A stretch of 64,000 nucleotides of DNA from a phage, in sequence record OZ317122.1; one strand, 5' to 3'. Position numbers and translations under genes: made by a program. Below, one piece after another: positions 1-10,008 of this stretch. How positions within the stretch are numbered: position 1 is the first letter of the stretch; the number at the start of each line of letters is the position of its first letter. Under the pieces are notes generated by a model, which saw only the letters and a list, made by a program, of their open reading frames with translations, made no database searches and was not told where the DNA came from.

Positions 1-60
1 GCCAGAGTTAATAGTAGCGAAATTTTTAAGCAGAGCAGTAGTATCTTTAGACAGTTTCAT
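1..60 (-). CDS. 45: DNA polymerase sliding clamp gp45, first 20 codons only (gene continues beyond window start)
   Basis: Reverse complement of 1-60 translates MKLSKDTTALLKNFATINSG with ATG at 58-60; matches remembered T4 gp45 N-terminus. Confidence 0.75.
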   Translation of the reverse strand, partial: MKLSKDTTALLKNFATINSG

Positions 61-115
61 GTAATTTCCTTCAATTCAAATGAGATTTAATTTTATAACT
101 AATTTAATAAAGCAA

Positions 116-505
116 TTAACGATTAAAATCAGCCGCAATTGTTTCCGCAACAATTTGAGCAGCAACAATTAGACGTTCATCTGCATTACCGCAATAATCA
201 TCTTCAAGACGTTCACCACATGAAGTCATAATAAATTTAGCACCGGCGTTTAGGGATTCTGTAGTATGTTTGCGCATTAGTTCAATCCATTTATTACTTA
301 CTTCACGATCGATAGCTTCATAATACGCATGACGAGCAGGTGCAGATTTAATTTTGTTCTGAATAACTTCCATTGCGTTATCAGAAAGAGACAAAACCCA
401 TGCTCGACGAATTTTATTTTGGTTTTGTGGATTTGATTCAGAACGCACGTGTTTTGGCTGAATATCTTTTACATCAACAGTATAATTCACAGTAATTTTA
501 GTCAT
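116..505 (-). CDS. rpbA: RpbA-like RNA polymerase-binding protein (129 aa)
   Basis: ATG at 503-505; size and position between genes 45 and 46 as in T4; assigned by synteny, not motif. Confidence 0.45.
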
Positions 506-514
506 AATACACCT

Positions 515-706
515 TTAGTCATAATAATCAGTAACAGTCCAAGCTTCATTTCTATTGGACATTATTTTTGTATATTCTGCTTTAAATGCATTCCTAAGCA
601 TAGATTCAGTAACTATATGCTCTTCATTAGAAAAATTATTTCTCAGAATATATCGTTTTATTTCAGGAATAGTTAATAGATGCTGTCCGGTTGAATATTC
701 TGCCAC
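515..706 (-). CDS. hypothetical small protein (45.2 position)
   Basis: 63-aa ORF on the early-gene strand between rpbA-like gene and gene 46. Confidence 0.4.
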   Translation of the reverse strand: MAEYSTGQHLLTIPEIKRYILRNNFSNEEHIVTESMLRNAFKAEYTKIMSNRNEAWTVTDYYD

Positions 707-757
707 AATTCCTCCGTATAAATATGTTTATCACTCGCTGTATCAAAAGGATATGTT

Positions 758-1474
758 ATGAATTATAAACTAATTTATGAAAAGTTAATCTCTAATGCTA
801 AATCTCGAAAACTTGATTGCTATACTGAATCTCATCACATTATACCACGCTGTTTAAATGGCAGCGATGATGCTTCAAACTTAGTAGATTTAACACCAGA
901 AGAGCACTATGTAGCTCATCAACTTTTAGTAAAAATTTATCCTTCTGAACCAAAATTAGTCTATGCTGCTAACATGATGACAGTTTCCACGAAATACGCT
1001 AAACGCAACAATAAAACTTTCGGTTGGATTCGTCGTAAACTCTGGGAAATAGAAAAGAATAAAGAATTCTCCCAGGAGACACGAAAGAAAATGTCTGATG
1101 CAGTAGCTAATAAAGCAAGACTAACTTGTCCTCATTGCGGTAAGTCTGGATTAAGTGGGAATATGAATCGTTGGCATTTTGATAACTGCCCAAATCACCC
1201 TAATCCTAAAGTTAGACCACCAATGTCTAAAGAACATAGAAATAATATCTCAAACGGGCTTAAAGCAATCGTTCTTGAAGAAACATCCTGCGAATTCTGC
1301 GGAATGATAGGCAAGAAATGCGTTATCGCAGCGCATAGAAATTTCTGCAAGAAAAATCCAAATGGACGCAAGAAAACTGAAAAGACTGGTACTTGCGTCC
1401 ACTGTGGTAAAGTTACCACTTTCGGAAATTTATCAAGATGGCATAATGATAACTGTAAATATAAACCTAGCTAA
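758..1474 (+). mobile_element. freestanding HNH homing endonuclease with three C-terminal Cys-rich repeats
   Basis: HNH motif SHHIIPRC...NLVDLTPEEHYVAH; repeats CPHCGK...RWHFDNC and CVHCGK...RWHNDNC; opposite strand to neighbours; 3' end overlaps gene 46 stop. Confidence 0.75.
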
Positions 1475-3155
1475 TCTTAGCTAAACTAAATCTACCAACT
1501 TTTTCCATTTGAATATGCTGACCATATTCTTGTGGGTCATGGTCTTTATGCGAAATTATGAAGAAGTTGGTATCCTTCAAACCATCTAAAATTTTAGCTA
1601 CATTTTTAATACCTTCAGCATCAAATGCACCGTCATACACTTCATCAAGAAATAAACAACTTATTTTAACACCTGAAACTTTTTCAGCAATATCACGCCA
1701 AGTAAATAAAAGAGCAATATCAATTCGCGCTTTTTCACCTTGACTGAATGAAGCATAACTAAAATCTTCACGACCACGGGATTTAATTGTCTCATTAAAT
1801 TCTTCATCTAATGTAAACACATAATCCGCTTCCATTATTTTAAGATAATGGTTAATCTGCTTATTAAATAATGGAATGTACTTTTTAATAATAGCACCTT
1901 TAATACCAGAATCTTTGAGCATATCAGTCAAAATTCCTCGGTGGTATTTTTCCATTACTAAATTAGTTTTTGTCTTAACAATTTTATCAAGTTCTTCTTG
2001 AAGCAGTGCTATTTCATCAGCATGGTCAATAAACTCAGAAGATGCTTTTTCTATAGCCGCTTTAACCTTTTTAGCTTTATCTACTGCTGCGATCAGAGAT
2101 TGCTTTTTATTGCGAATATCATTTGCTAACGACTGTTGGGTTTTAATATTATCTCGGTATTCATCAACAAGAACTTTTAAATTATCACGATGTGTTGAAA
2201 GCTGTTCAAACGAATGCGTACATTCAGAAACTTTATCTTTAATTTTAGAAACAACTTTATCACCGGAACTTAATTGTGACAAGCAGGTTGGACATAATCC
2301 ACCTTCGTGATACATATTAATGACTTTATTATACGAGTCAATTTTTGATTTAATTAAAACTGCTTCTTGACCGATTTTATTAAATGCATCAGTCGGGTCT
2401 TCGTCTAAAACAATATTAACTAATCTTTCATTAGCTTCTTCTATTTCCGATTTTAGCGTTCTAGCTTCTTTTGCCAAATCATCATACATATTTTGCAGAC
2501 GAGTAAGGTTGTCACCCGTTAATTTTTTCTGGCGTTCAACGTTATCATTATATATTTTAATTTGTTGGATAATACTATCTTTTTTAACATCAAGCACTTG
2601 GTTTTGTGAATTTAATTCGCGTATTAGTGCTTTATTAAGCTTATCCATTTCAGCTAATGTTCCTACCTCAAGCAAGTCTTCCACAAGCTTTCTTCGCGCA
2701 GGGGTCGACAAACCCATGAAAGGGGTATACCCTGCTGTACCAAGGACAACAATCTGCTTGAAACTGGCATATGACATTCCGATAAGCTGTTCAAATTCTG
2801 CTTGGAAATCTTTACTGCTGGCAGATTCATTAAGACGTGTACCGTTAACGGTGATTTCGAAAACGTTCGGTTTTTGTCCTCTTTTGATATAGTACTTTTT
2901 CTCATCATATTCCATCCACAGTTCAACTAAAAGTTCTTTCTTATTTGTGCTGTTTATTAATTGACCTTTCTTTACATCACGAAATGGCTTGCCAAAAAGC
3001 CCAAATGTGATGGCTTCTAACATAGTAGACTTACCACCACCATTTCGTCCAGTAATAAGAGTTTTTTGAACCTTATCTAATTGAATGTCAATAGGATTTC
3101 CACCTACTGACATTATATTTTGGTACCTAACTCGGTTTAGTTTAAAATTCTTCAC
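1467..3155 (-). CDS. 46: recombination nuclease subunit gp46 (Rad50/SbcC-like ATPase)
   Basis: 562-aa ORF; Walker A GRNGGGKST; long coiled-coil middle; CPTC zinc hook; first codon GTG. Confidence 0.9.
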   Translation of the reverse strand: MKNFKLNRVRYQNIMSVGGNPIDIQLDKVQKTLITGRNGGGKSTMLEAITFGLFGKPFRDVKKGQLINSTNKKELLVELWMEYDEKKYYIKRGQKPNVFEITVNGTRLNESASSKDFQAEFEQLIGMSYASFKQIVVLGTAGYTPFMGLSTPARRKLVEDLLEVGTLAEMDKLNKALIRELNSQNQVLDVKKDSIIQQIKIYNDNVERQKKLTGDNLTRLQNMYDDLAKEARTLKSEIEEANERLVNIVLDEDPTDAFNKIGQEAVLIKSKIDSYNKVINMYHEGGLCPTCLSQLSSGDKVVSKIKDKVSECTHSFEQLSTHRDNLKVLVDEYRDNIKTQQSLANDIRNKKQSLIAAVDKAKKVKAAIEKASSEFIDHADEIALLQEELDKIVKTKTNLVMEKYHRGILTDMLKDSGIKGAIIKKYIPLFNKQINHYLKIMEADYVFTLDEEFNETIKSRGREDFSYASFSQGEKARIDIALLFTWRDIAEKVSGVKISCLFLDEVYDGAFDAEGIKNVAKILDGLKDTNFFIISHKDHDPQEYGQHIQMEKVGRFSLAKIS

Positions 3156-3415
3156 AAAAGATTCCTTTTAATGTATCTTTTAGACCATTCTATCATATCA
3201 TCATAATCTAAAAAGTATTCATCAAATTCAGCCATGCAAACAACACCTTGTGCTGTTTTTGATGTAATATAAATTATTCCAACATATCTAGAATCTTCTT
3301 CGGTATAATCAATGTTTGCTATGAATTCATCATTAATGTCAAATGTCGAAAACTTCACAGTATGCATCCTTAATACAAGATACGGCCATATCTCGCAATG
3401 ATTTAGGTGTGTCAT
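3152..3415 (-). CDS. hypothetical protein (46.1 position)
   Basis: 87-aa ORF, ATG start, overlaps gene 46 start. Confidence 0.45.
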   Translation of the reverse strand: MTHLNHCEIWPYLVLRMHTVKFSTFDINDEFIANIDYTEEDSRYVGIIYITSKTAQGVVCMAEFDEYFLDYDDMIEWSKRYIKRNLL

Positions 3416-3602
3416 TATCTAAAATGTTGAAGTTAAAAGATACAGCCCAATCTGTACAGACCGTAACTTTTTTAATACAATTATCTTCAACCTCTAGCGG
3501 TTCAAACCAATATTCAATAATTTCTTTATGCCCAATATCATCTTTTACTTCACATTCAAAATGCTGACTCATCATAACATTTTTAAATTCATCAAAAGTC
3601 AT
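3339..3602 (-). CDS. hypothetical protein (46.2 position)
   Basis: 87-aa ORF, ATG overlapping gene 47 stop. Confidence 0.45.
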   Translation of the reverse strand: MTFDEFKNVMMSQHFECEVKDDIGHKEIIEYWFEPLEVEDNCIKKVTVCTDWAVSFNFNILDNDTPKSLRDMAVSCIKDAYCEVFDI

Positions 3603-4618
3603 TGTGTTGCCTCTACATATAACTGATTTGCATATTGAATAAGTGCTTCACGGTCAGAATCAGTGATGTCTGGAATTGCATTAATGTATTCTTCCATCAA
3701 CGTCTGAAGAGATTGAACTTCAACTTCTTCACTGTCATCTGACTCGACAGAGTTATCAATCTTTGACACAACTCGTAATGAATGCACAACTTTTTCTAGT
3801 TCAGATTCGAACTTCGTCAGATTTTTGTCTACTTCAGTTACTATAACACGTACTGATAGATTTGTAAAATCTTTATAGTCAATTTTTCCTTTAAATGGAT
3901 AATGAATTCTACGATGCCAGGTAGTATTGTTTGGAATAAATTCCATTCGTTCTGTTTCTGTATCAAACATCCAGAACCCACGAGGGTCATTCTCGTCACC
4001 TGCAGTTAGTGTCCATGGTGTCCCAATATATCTGACGTTAGCAGCCTCAGAGATAGTATGGAAGTGACCAGACCACACCTCTTTATAAGTCTTAAGGAAA
4101 TCAGGTTCAAGACCGTGAGATTTCATTCCTTTATAAAAATAAAATCCATTCAGTTCCCAGTGACCAACACAAAAAGAAGCAGATGAAGTTTTGATGTGCT
4201 CAAGAATTTCACCAGTATTTTCTTCACACATCCAAGGAATTAAATCAATTAAACATCCGTCAAAATCTACTGTAGTAGGCTTATCATATACTTTAACATT
4301 AGGATATTTAGCCAAAAGCTCAGTAGAGGCATTTGGAGTTAAAGTATTTTTAAAGTGCATATCATGGTTTCCTACAACAGTATGTAGGGTAATACCAGCA
4401 TCATCAAGCATTTGAACTATTTCACGAGCGAACTCCATAGTTTTGTGTGTGATTGCTTTTCGCACATCAAAAATATCACCGTATTGAATCCAGGTAGTAA
4501 TTCCATTTTTCTTAGAATATTCTATTGCTTGTTTAATTCCATCCAACTGAATGGATTGAATCCACTCATCATCGGCTTTAACGCCTAAATGCCAATCACC
4601 TAAATTTAAAATTTTCAT
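3599..4618 (-). CDS. 47: recombination nuclease subunit gp47 (Mre11/SbcD-like phosphoesterase)
   Basis: 339 aa; N-terminal metallophosphatase motifs LGDWHLG, GDIFD, GNHD. Confidence 0.9.
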   Translation of the reverse strand: MKILNLGDWHLGVKADDEWIQSIQLDGIKQAIEYSKKNGITTWIQYGDIFDVRKAITHKTMEFAREIVQMLDDAGITLHTVVGNHDMHFKNTLTPNASTELLAKYPNVKVYDKPTTVDFDGCLIDLIPWMCEENTGEILEHIKTSSASFCVGHWELNGFYFYKGMKSHGLEPDFLKTYKEVWSGHFHTISEAANVRYIGTPWTLTAGDENDPRGFWMFDTETERMEFIPNNTTWHRRIHYPFKGKIDYKDFTNLSVRVIVTEVDKNLTKFESELEKVVHSLRVVSKIDNSVESDDSEEVEVQSLQTLMEEYINAIPDITDSDREALIQYANQLYVEATQ

Positions 4619-4756
4619 ATATCAAGAACCGTCATTGAAATGCAAAATAAAATTATTGAAATAAACCCATCTGGCGTGCTAAAGAACCCAATCCAACATG
4701 CTCTAGTGAATAGATAAAATGCAAGAAAAAGTATCACATATCCAAGAAATATCATT
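4616..4756 (-). CDS. small hydrophobic protein (46 aa), below ORF-track cutoff
   Basis: ATG at 4754-4756, stop overlaps gene 47 ATG (ATGA); mostly hydrophobic. Confidence 0.3.
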
Positions 4757-4777
4757 ATATCAAACTCCGTATAAAGC

Positions 4778-4800
4778 TAAAGGGCCGAAGCCCTTTATTT
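4778..4800 (-). terminator. GC hairpin with CGAA/UUCG loop directly after a-gt stop
   Basis: aaagggccgaagcccttt overlapping a-gt stop; moderately U-rich tail on minus strand. Confidence 0.4.
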
Positions 4801-5997
4801 TGTAATAATGTCAAACTGTTCTTTAAAGCAGAAGCTTGAATCTTGATGCTGATACAAAAATTCATAAGCTTTTTCGCGTTCACGGTCATAAAGAGTTCGG
4901 TCAGATGACAGTTCTTTAATACGTTCAAATGTTGATTCCATGTCATTTTCATCAAACCAAATGATACCGCTATCATGCGAGGTCAAAGGAGTATTATCAA
5001 CACGGAATTTTAAATTTTCGCCAGTAGATTTCCAAAATACCGGAATTGTTCCACATGCACCAAGCTCGAGATGAGTATATTCTAAAGAACGTTGTAGATA
5101 TTTTTTGTCCAACTTACTCAGCTGATAACCAAATCCGGATTTACTCATGCGTTCAAGCATTTCGCTATTTACATAACGGTCAAGAATTTGCGTTGGCAAA
5201 TTAGGAGCAATTTTAATTTGGTCTACTTGATGAAGACGATAATACTCGTATGGAATTCCTTTTTCTTTAATAGGAATGAACGCTGGAGAACGTTCCAGAC
5301 CTTCCATAATAGTACTTAGTCCTGCAGGTTTAAGATGTTTTTCATGAAAATCAAACATCTGATAAAAACCTTTCCATGTAGTCGTACGACCAATCCAACG
5401 GTTGATATTCATGTTAATTTCAGAAACATCTTTCCAGTAGGTTGACCGAACCTTCGCAATATCCATAGGAGGCTGAAAGTTATATACGGTCGGTGCTTCT
5501 TCAATATCATCAAACAGAGAAACTGTTTCTGGATACCATTCTTTCATCAGAACTTTATTAAAATCACCATTATCAGAATGGCTAAAAATAACATCAGCTC
5601 GACGAACAGTTTCTTCTAATCCCAAATTTCGGCGCAAAGAAAGAGAAGAATGGTCATGTTGATAAACTACAACACGAACAGAAGGTTTAATGTTATCAAT
5701 AATTTTTTTATAGTTATTAATAGTGTCTTCTTCAACCGAAGTAGCAGGAACTGAATTGATAATTAGAATATCACAATCATTTACCAGCTTAAGTGTTTTA
5801 TCGTATTCTTTTGCTAATAAAACCGGAATTGAAAATGATTTATAATCATGCGCACAATTACGAGTAAATGATTTATCTTTAGCATAAACCAAAGTTACTT
5901 CATGACCATTTTTAATAAACCAATCACGTTGCTCGAGTGAGAATTTTGTTACACCACAACCTTCAAGACCTCGAGCCATAAAAATACATACTTTCAT
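4795..5997 (-). CDS. a-gt: DNA alpha-glucosyltransferase
   Basis: 400 aa; N-terminus and overall sequence match remembered T4 alpha-glucosyltransferase. Confidence 0.85.
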   Translation of the reverse strand: MKVCIFMARGLEGCGVTKFSLEQRDWFIKNGHEVTLVYAKDKSFTRNCAHDYKSFSIPVLLAKEYDKTLKLVNDCDILIINSVPATSVEEDTINNYKKIIDNIKPSVRVVVYQHDHSSLSLRRNLGLEETVRRADVIFSHSDNGDFNKVLMKEWYPETVSLFDDIEEAPTVYNFQPPMDIAKVRSTYWKDVSEINMNINRWIGRTTTWKGFYQMFDFHEKHLKPAGLSTIMEGLERSPAFIPIKEKGIPYEYYRLHQVDQIKIAPNLPTQILDRYVNSEMLERMSKSGFGYQLSKLDKKYLQRSLEYTHLELGACGTIPVFWKSTGENLKFRVDNTPLTSHDSGIIWFDENDMESTFERIKELSSDRTLYDREREKAYEFLYQHQDSSFCFKEQFDIITK

Positions 5998-6063
5998 TTA
6001 ATATCCTCTTTGTTTTGGTTTATTTTACCAAAAATTTATAAAGCAATATAGGAGCCGAAGCTC

Positions 6064-6237
6064 CTATCCACATAATACGCCATACAGAGGCTCGTTAGAA
6101 CTTTTAAATTTTATGCGCTTATATTTTATAGTTCCTTCTGCTTTAGCTTTATCATGAGACTCTTTAAAGCGTCTCATCATTTCCTCTTTAGAGGAACGAA
6201 TTTTATTATAATCTATTTCAGAAGTCTGGGTGTTCAT
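6064..6237 (-). CDS. small basic protein (57 aa), below ORF-track cutoff
   Basis: ATG 6235-6237, TAG 6064-6066; hand-translated from reverse complement. Confidence 0.3.
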   Translation of the reverse strand: MNTQTSEIDYNKIRSSKEEMMRRFKESHDKAKAEGTIKYKRIKFKSSNEPLYGVLCG

Positions 6238-6240
6238 CTT

Positions 6241-6444
6241 TCATAACTGCCACCATTTTTTGACTTGATAAGAATCAACCCACACTTTCATATTGGGGTC
6301 TGCTCTTACAATAGGAGGATTAACTTCTTTAATTGAACTATCATGGTATTCTTTTTCAGAAATTTTCACACAAAGATGACCATTCAAAGATTCAGTAAAT
6401 CCTGCATTAATTTTAAGACGCTTGAATTTTACGTGTGTAAGCAT
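6241..6444 (-). CDS. hypothetical protein
   Basis: ORF-track ORF trimmed to first ATG (track start is TTG). Confidence 0.4.
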   Translation of the reverse strand: MLTHVKFKRLKINAGFTESLNGHLCVKISEKEYHDSSIKEVNPPIVRADPNMKVWVDSYQVKKWWQL

Positions 6445-6730
6445 CAATCATATCCTCAATCTGCGATCTAGTAGTCTTCCAAAGAATACTGATGAGTTCA
6501 TCGTTATATGGCTGTTTCAGAATATCCCGACTTTTCTTGATAGCATATTCGTATTGAGCAAAATTATTGTTTTCAGCTGCGATCTGAGCGTGCTTATAAA
6601 GACGATTCAGTTCGCGTTTGTTTTTAGACAATACCTTATTTGCTTTTCTTTCTGCTTCAAGACGGTTCTTTTCTTCAATAGAAGAAATAAGCTTTTCCAC
6701 TTCATCATTAATTTCGGGTTTATCAGTCAT
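6413..6730 (-). CDS. hypothetical coiled-coil protein
   Basis: 105-aa ORF, ATG start. Confidence 0.45.
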   Translation of the reverse strand: MTDKPEINDEVEKLISSIEEKNRLEAERKANKVLSKNKRELNRLYKHAQIAAENNNFAQYEYAIKKSRDILKQPYNDELISILWKTTRSQIEDMIDAYTRKIQAS

Positions 6731-6731
6731 A

Positions 6732-6950
6732 TTATTTCTCTAATATAAAATAAAAATCATCATCTGTTAAATGATACCGATAGTTTAATTCTACACCATT
6801 AGATTTAAAAGCGGTATCATACGGATTTTCTGGATCAATATCAATGTCAAGAGCTAAAACTTCCCTGAGATACATTTTAAGTAAATAGGGAATAGCTTCA
6901 ACTTCAGGTATTTCTTCCAAGAATCCGGAGAGGTTAATCGTTAGCCTCAT
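6732..6950 (-). CDS. hypothetical protein
   Basis: 72-aa ORF immediately downstream of gene 55. Confidence 0.4.
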
Positions 6951-7491
6951 ATAAAAAATCCAAACTAGGAGAATCGTCTACAACACTTTTCTTTTCAGCC
7001 CCCGGTGTTCTATAGGTTGATTCTTCGTAATGCGTCATTTTATCGTAGATGTCTTGAATAAAAGTTTCATCTACTAACGCAACCATATCGTCGTCACGAC
7101 TGTCATAGACATTGTGAACGAAGTAACTATATTTCTTTGCAACTTCCTTACGTTCTTTTTTAATACGTTGGACAAATGCATTAAAACAAGCTTGAGTTAT
7201 ATACGCATGTGGGTTTTTATATTTCGTTTCATCAAAATTGTGAAGCCCCTTAATAGAAGCTTCTATACCATCTGCAATCATTTCTTGTTTCCAAGACTGG
7301 GTGTATCCTGAAAAGTTGAAACGTTTAGATAAGCCTTCTGCAATAAGCATAATGGCTAATCCGATAGTATCATTCTGACGAACTACTTTATTTGGGTCTT
7401 TATTATTTGCTAATTCTGTTTTCCAATCAATAATAGCTTGTAAAAGCTCTTTATTGTTTACGTAATTATATTTAGGCTTAGTTTCTGACAT
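6934..7491 (-). CDS. 55: late-transcription sigma factor gp55
   Basis: Trimmed to ATG at 7489-7491 ([13 protein letters not shown]...); 185 aa as in T4 gp55. Confidence 0.85.
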
Positions 7492-7569
7492 TTTCACCTC
7501 TTAGCTCAATTCATAGATCTATTATATCATAATATTTGAAGATCTATCTTAAAGCATAGAGGATATCAG

Positions 7570-7839
7570 TTATCTAAGTAAGCAGTATGCTTGGAACACT
7601 TTCTCCATCATCTTTTTAAATTCATGAATATCTATGTAATGATCATTAATATCAGCGCGATATAAAAAGTCTAAAAACTTTTTATGGGTATTAGAATATT
7701 TACTTCCAGTTAATTCAGAAACATGGCTTTCCCAATATCCAACACCAGTTTTATTTGGGAAAAATGAAATTTTCATGTATTGGTCAACATAGAAAATACC
7801 AAAATTTTCAATAGCAATAGAAATATTAATTAATTTCAT
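7570..7839 (-). CDS. hypothetical protein
   Basis: 89-aa ORF, ATG start. Confidence 0.4.
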   Translation of the reverse strand: MKLINISIAIENFGIFYVDQYMKISFFPNKTGVGYWESHVSELTGSKYSNTHKKFLDFLYRADINDHYIDIHEFKKMMEKVFQAYCLLR

Positions 7840-8051
7840 ACATTCATCAACTTAGCCGCTTCAAGAGCTGCATCTAGTGAATCAAATTGGTCAACATATT
7901 CAATCAATTCGCCGTAATTGGCATATAACCACCATTGGCTAAATTCATACTCAAGGATGAATCCGTTTCCTTCAATTTGAGTTAAACCAATGCCATTTGT
8001 ATTTACTTCATATCCAGCAAGACGCAAATCGTTAATAAGAGCTTCGTTCAT
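7836..8051 (-). CDS. hypothetical acidic protein
   Basis: 71-aa ORF, overlapping stop/start with neighbour. Confidence 0.4.
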   Translation of the reverse strand: MNEALINDLRLAGYEVNTNGIGLTQIEGNGFILEYEFSQWWLYANYGELIEYVDQFDSLDAALEAAKLMNV

Positions 8052-8053
8052 AA

Positions 8054-8380
8054 TTATACCTTAGTAATTTTCAGGTCTGCAAATTTTTTCTTACGTTGAT
8101 TTTTCATGCGACGAATAGTTTTATCGGAAATTTCATGCTTTTGATAAGCTTTAGATTCTACACCAAAAGCTTTAACATCAAATTCTGACAAGATATATTG
8201 AACCAACAATTCACGGACAGTATTGCGTCCAATCTTCTGATCATTCTGTTTCATCGTCTGATGAAGCTCTTTTTCCCATTTATCCAAAATTTGAGGAGTT
8301 ACAATATCGCCTTTTTCTAGCAAAGAAACTACTTTATCATATGCGTAAGAATTGATGGCGTTTTTAATTTGAATAGTCAT
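8054..8380 (-). CDS. hypothetical protein
   Basis: 108-aa ORF, ATG start. Confidence 0.45.
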   Translation of the reverse strand: MTIQIKNAINSYAYDKVVSLLEKGDIVTPQILDKWEKELHQTMKQNDQKIGRNTVRELLVQYILSEFDVKAFGVESKAYQKHEISDKTIRRMKNQRKKKFADLKITKV

Positions 8381-8415
8381 ACATTATCCTCAATTACGTT
8401 AAAATTTTATTATCC

Positions 8416-8434
8416 AAAAAGGGCCGAAGCCCTT
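8416..8434 (-). terminator. hairpin terminator (gggccgaagccc stem-loop plus T-run on minus strand)
   Basis: Minus-strand RNA: hairpin followed by UUUUU; sits just after stop of 8433..8633. Confidence 0.5.
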
Positions 8435-8633
8435 AGCTAAACTTTTTGGCACCCTTCCAGCCTTCGTACATCATTGCGACTGACAATGACAAAGCTCCTT
8501 CACATGCTGCATACTTATTATTCCAGAACCAATTTAGAAAAACTTCATCCTCAATACCATTGTGTTTCATGTTCTGGAAAAATTTGGCGCGTTCTTCAGC
8601 AATTCGCTGCGATAATTTAGATTCAGGATTCAT
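8433..8633 (-). CDS. hypothetical protein
   Basis: 66-aa ORF, ATG start. Confidence 0.4.
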   Translation of the reverse strand: MNPESKLSQRIAEERAKFFQNMKHNGIEDEVFLNWFWNNKYAACEGALSLSVAMMYEGWKGAKKFS

Positions 8634-8765
8634 TTAAATTTCCCAATTACCATTTTCATCAATAAATTTAATCCAGTCATTTACTGACCACTTAGTTGTA
8701 TCACCTTTTGGAGTAACATTTAAAATATATAGCCCTTGCTTAAAAAGCATTCGTTTGATATTCAT
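8634..8765 (-). CDS. hypothetical small protein (43 aa)
   Basis: Trimmed to ATG at 8763-8765 preceded by GAGGAAA ribosome-binding site; removes overlap with upstream gene. Confidence 0.3.
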   Translation of the reverse strand: MNIKRMLFKQGLYILNVTPKGDTTKWSVNDWIKFIDENGNWEI

Positions 8766-8772
8766 ATTTTCC

Positions 8773-9066
8773 TCAGCTGTAACGATAGCACTCGTTTGAT
8801 TTACGTTTAGCAACTCGTTGAGAAATATTATAATCAAAATCATCGTCAATGTAAACTGATTTTTTCAACTTTCTTACTTCACCACGTAATTGACGATTCA
8901 ATTCATTCTTAACCTCTGAATCAACACCTCGCATACGTCGCCATTTATCTGAGCGAAAAATGTTTTCAACCATATCTTTATGACTTACACCATCAGGAGC
9001 TTTACGCTTTCCGAAATAGTCATAATCACGCACTTTTAAGTCTTTACGACGATACGTTTTACCCAT
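8773..9066 (-). CDS. hypothetical basic protein
   Basis: ORF-track ORF trimmed from GTG to ATG at 9064-9066 (AAGGAAA upstream). Confidence 0.4.
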   Translation of the reverse strand: MGKTYRRKDLKVRDYDYFGKRKAPDGVSHKDMVENIFRSDKWRRMRGVDSEVKNELNRQLRGEVRKLKKSVYIDDDFDYNISQRVAKRKSNECYRYS

Positions 9067-9241
9067 GGAGTTTAATTTCCTTAGCAACTGAACTAAATGC
9101 AGCACGATCGCAAATCATGCGTTTATGTAACTTGAGTATAATATAGCAAACTTCAAAACTATTTACATGAGTAACACGAACAGCATTACCATTAATGAGA
9201 TAATACTGTCCCTTTTTAATTTCTTTATCAACCATAACCAT
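9059..9241 (-). CDS. hypothetical protein
   Basis: 60-aa ORF, ATG start, first gene after early promoter at 9268..9320. Confidence 0.4.
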   Translation of the reverse strand: MVMVDKEIKKGQYYLINGNAVRVTHVNSFEVCYIILKLHKRMICDRAAFSSVAKEIKLHG

Positions 9242-9267
9242 ATCAATTCCTCAAAGGCAATTCATAT

Positions 9268-9320
9268 GTTAATAATACCACAGTTTGAGCTCGTTGTAAA
9301 CAACTTTGTGAAAATTATTT
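9268..9320 (-). promoter_or_regulatory. T4-type early promoter (GTTTAC -35, TATTAT -10)
   Basis: Minus strand: GTTTAC, 18-nt spacer, tggTATTAT; shares the conserved gtaaacaactttgtgaaa plus-strand signature. Confidence 0.5.
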
Positions 9321-9399
9321 TAGGGAATGATAAGAAGGGAACGATAGCTTAGAATGGTAATATACAGAATGTGAGAAAGAAGGACCCAGAGGGCCCGTC

Positions 9400-9723
9400 T
9401 TAGTCTTCTATGATATCTCTATCATATCCAAGTGAAATGAGAGTTTCTTTGAAGTGTTTAATGTTCTTTTGTCTAGAATCATTAATGAAAATGACTGGAT
9501 AACGAATGTTAAGAGATGTGAATCCAGCGCGTTTAGCAAGAGATACAATCAGCGGACGATCATACTCAATCTTACCGTTATTTGTAAGAACTTTATAGAA
9601 AGTAAAAGGAGCATTGAGCTCCTTTAGAAGTTTTGTAACTGATTGACATCCAGGACAACGACCTACTTCTTCGGGGATGCCATAGATTTCAATCTTATTC
9701 TTTAAGTTCGAGTTTTGTTCCAC
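9400..9723 (-). CDS. nrdH: glutaredoxin-like protein (NrdH-like)
   Basis: CPGC redox motif; no in-frame ATG near N-terminus, so GTG at 9721-9723 with AAGGA upstream proposed as start. Confidence 0.5.
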   Translation of the reverse strand: MEQNSNLKNKIEIYGIPEEVGRCPGCQSVTKLLKELNAPFTFYKVLTNNGKIEYDRPLIVSLAKRAGFTSLNIRYPVIFINDSRQKNIKHFKETLISLGYDRDIIED

Positions 9724-10006
9724 GAGAAATAATTCCTTGATAAGCCCAGTATGGCGGGTTAACAGAATCCTCACCAGAGTTTTCTTCAGGAAAATAAACC
9801 TGGATAACGAAGCCGGATTCATCAAAGGTGAAATAAGTAGTAGGCAGTTCACCTAACAAATCGGCACGAGCGTTGATTTCTTCGAGGTCTTGTTCACGTC
9901 CAGCCCAGAAGCTTGGGTTCAGACTACATTCATAGAAATAATAGTCATTACCGAACATATCAAAACCATTCCAACTCTCTACTACATACCGCTCAAAACT
10001 AATCAT
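9695..10006 (-). CDS. hypothetical acidic protein
   Basis: 103-aa ORF, ATG start. Confidence 0.45.
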   Translation of the reverse strand: MISFERYVVESWNGFDMFGNDYYFYECSLNPSFWAGREQDLEEINARADLLGELPTTYFTFDESGFVIQVYFPEENSGEDSVNPPYWAYQGIISRGTKLELKE

Positions 10007-10008
10007 AA

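Noticed and set aside
449-761. Plus-strand ORFs 449..676 and 555..761 overlapping the rpbA-like and 45.2-position genes
   Set aside because: Low-complexity AT-rich antisense frames with no ribosome-binding site, fully overlapping better minus-strand genes
7500-7569. 7-bp inverted repeat (tagatct ... agatcta) upstream of gene 55 as a regulatory operator
   Set aside because: Arms are short and AT-rich and the spacer is 19 nt; could not be distinguished from chance
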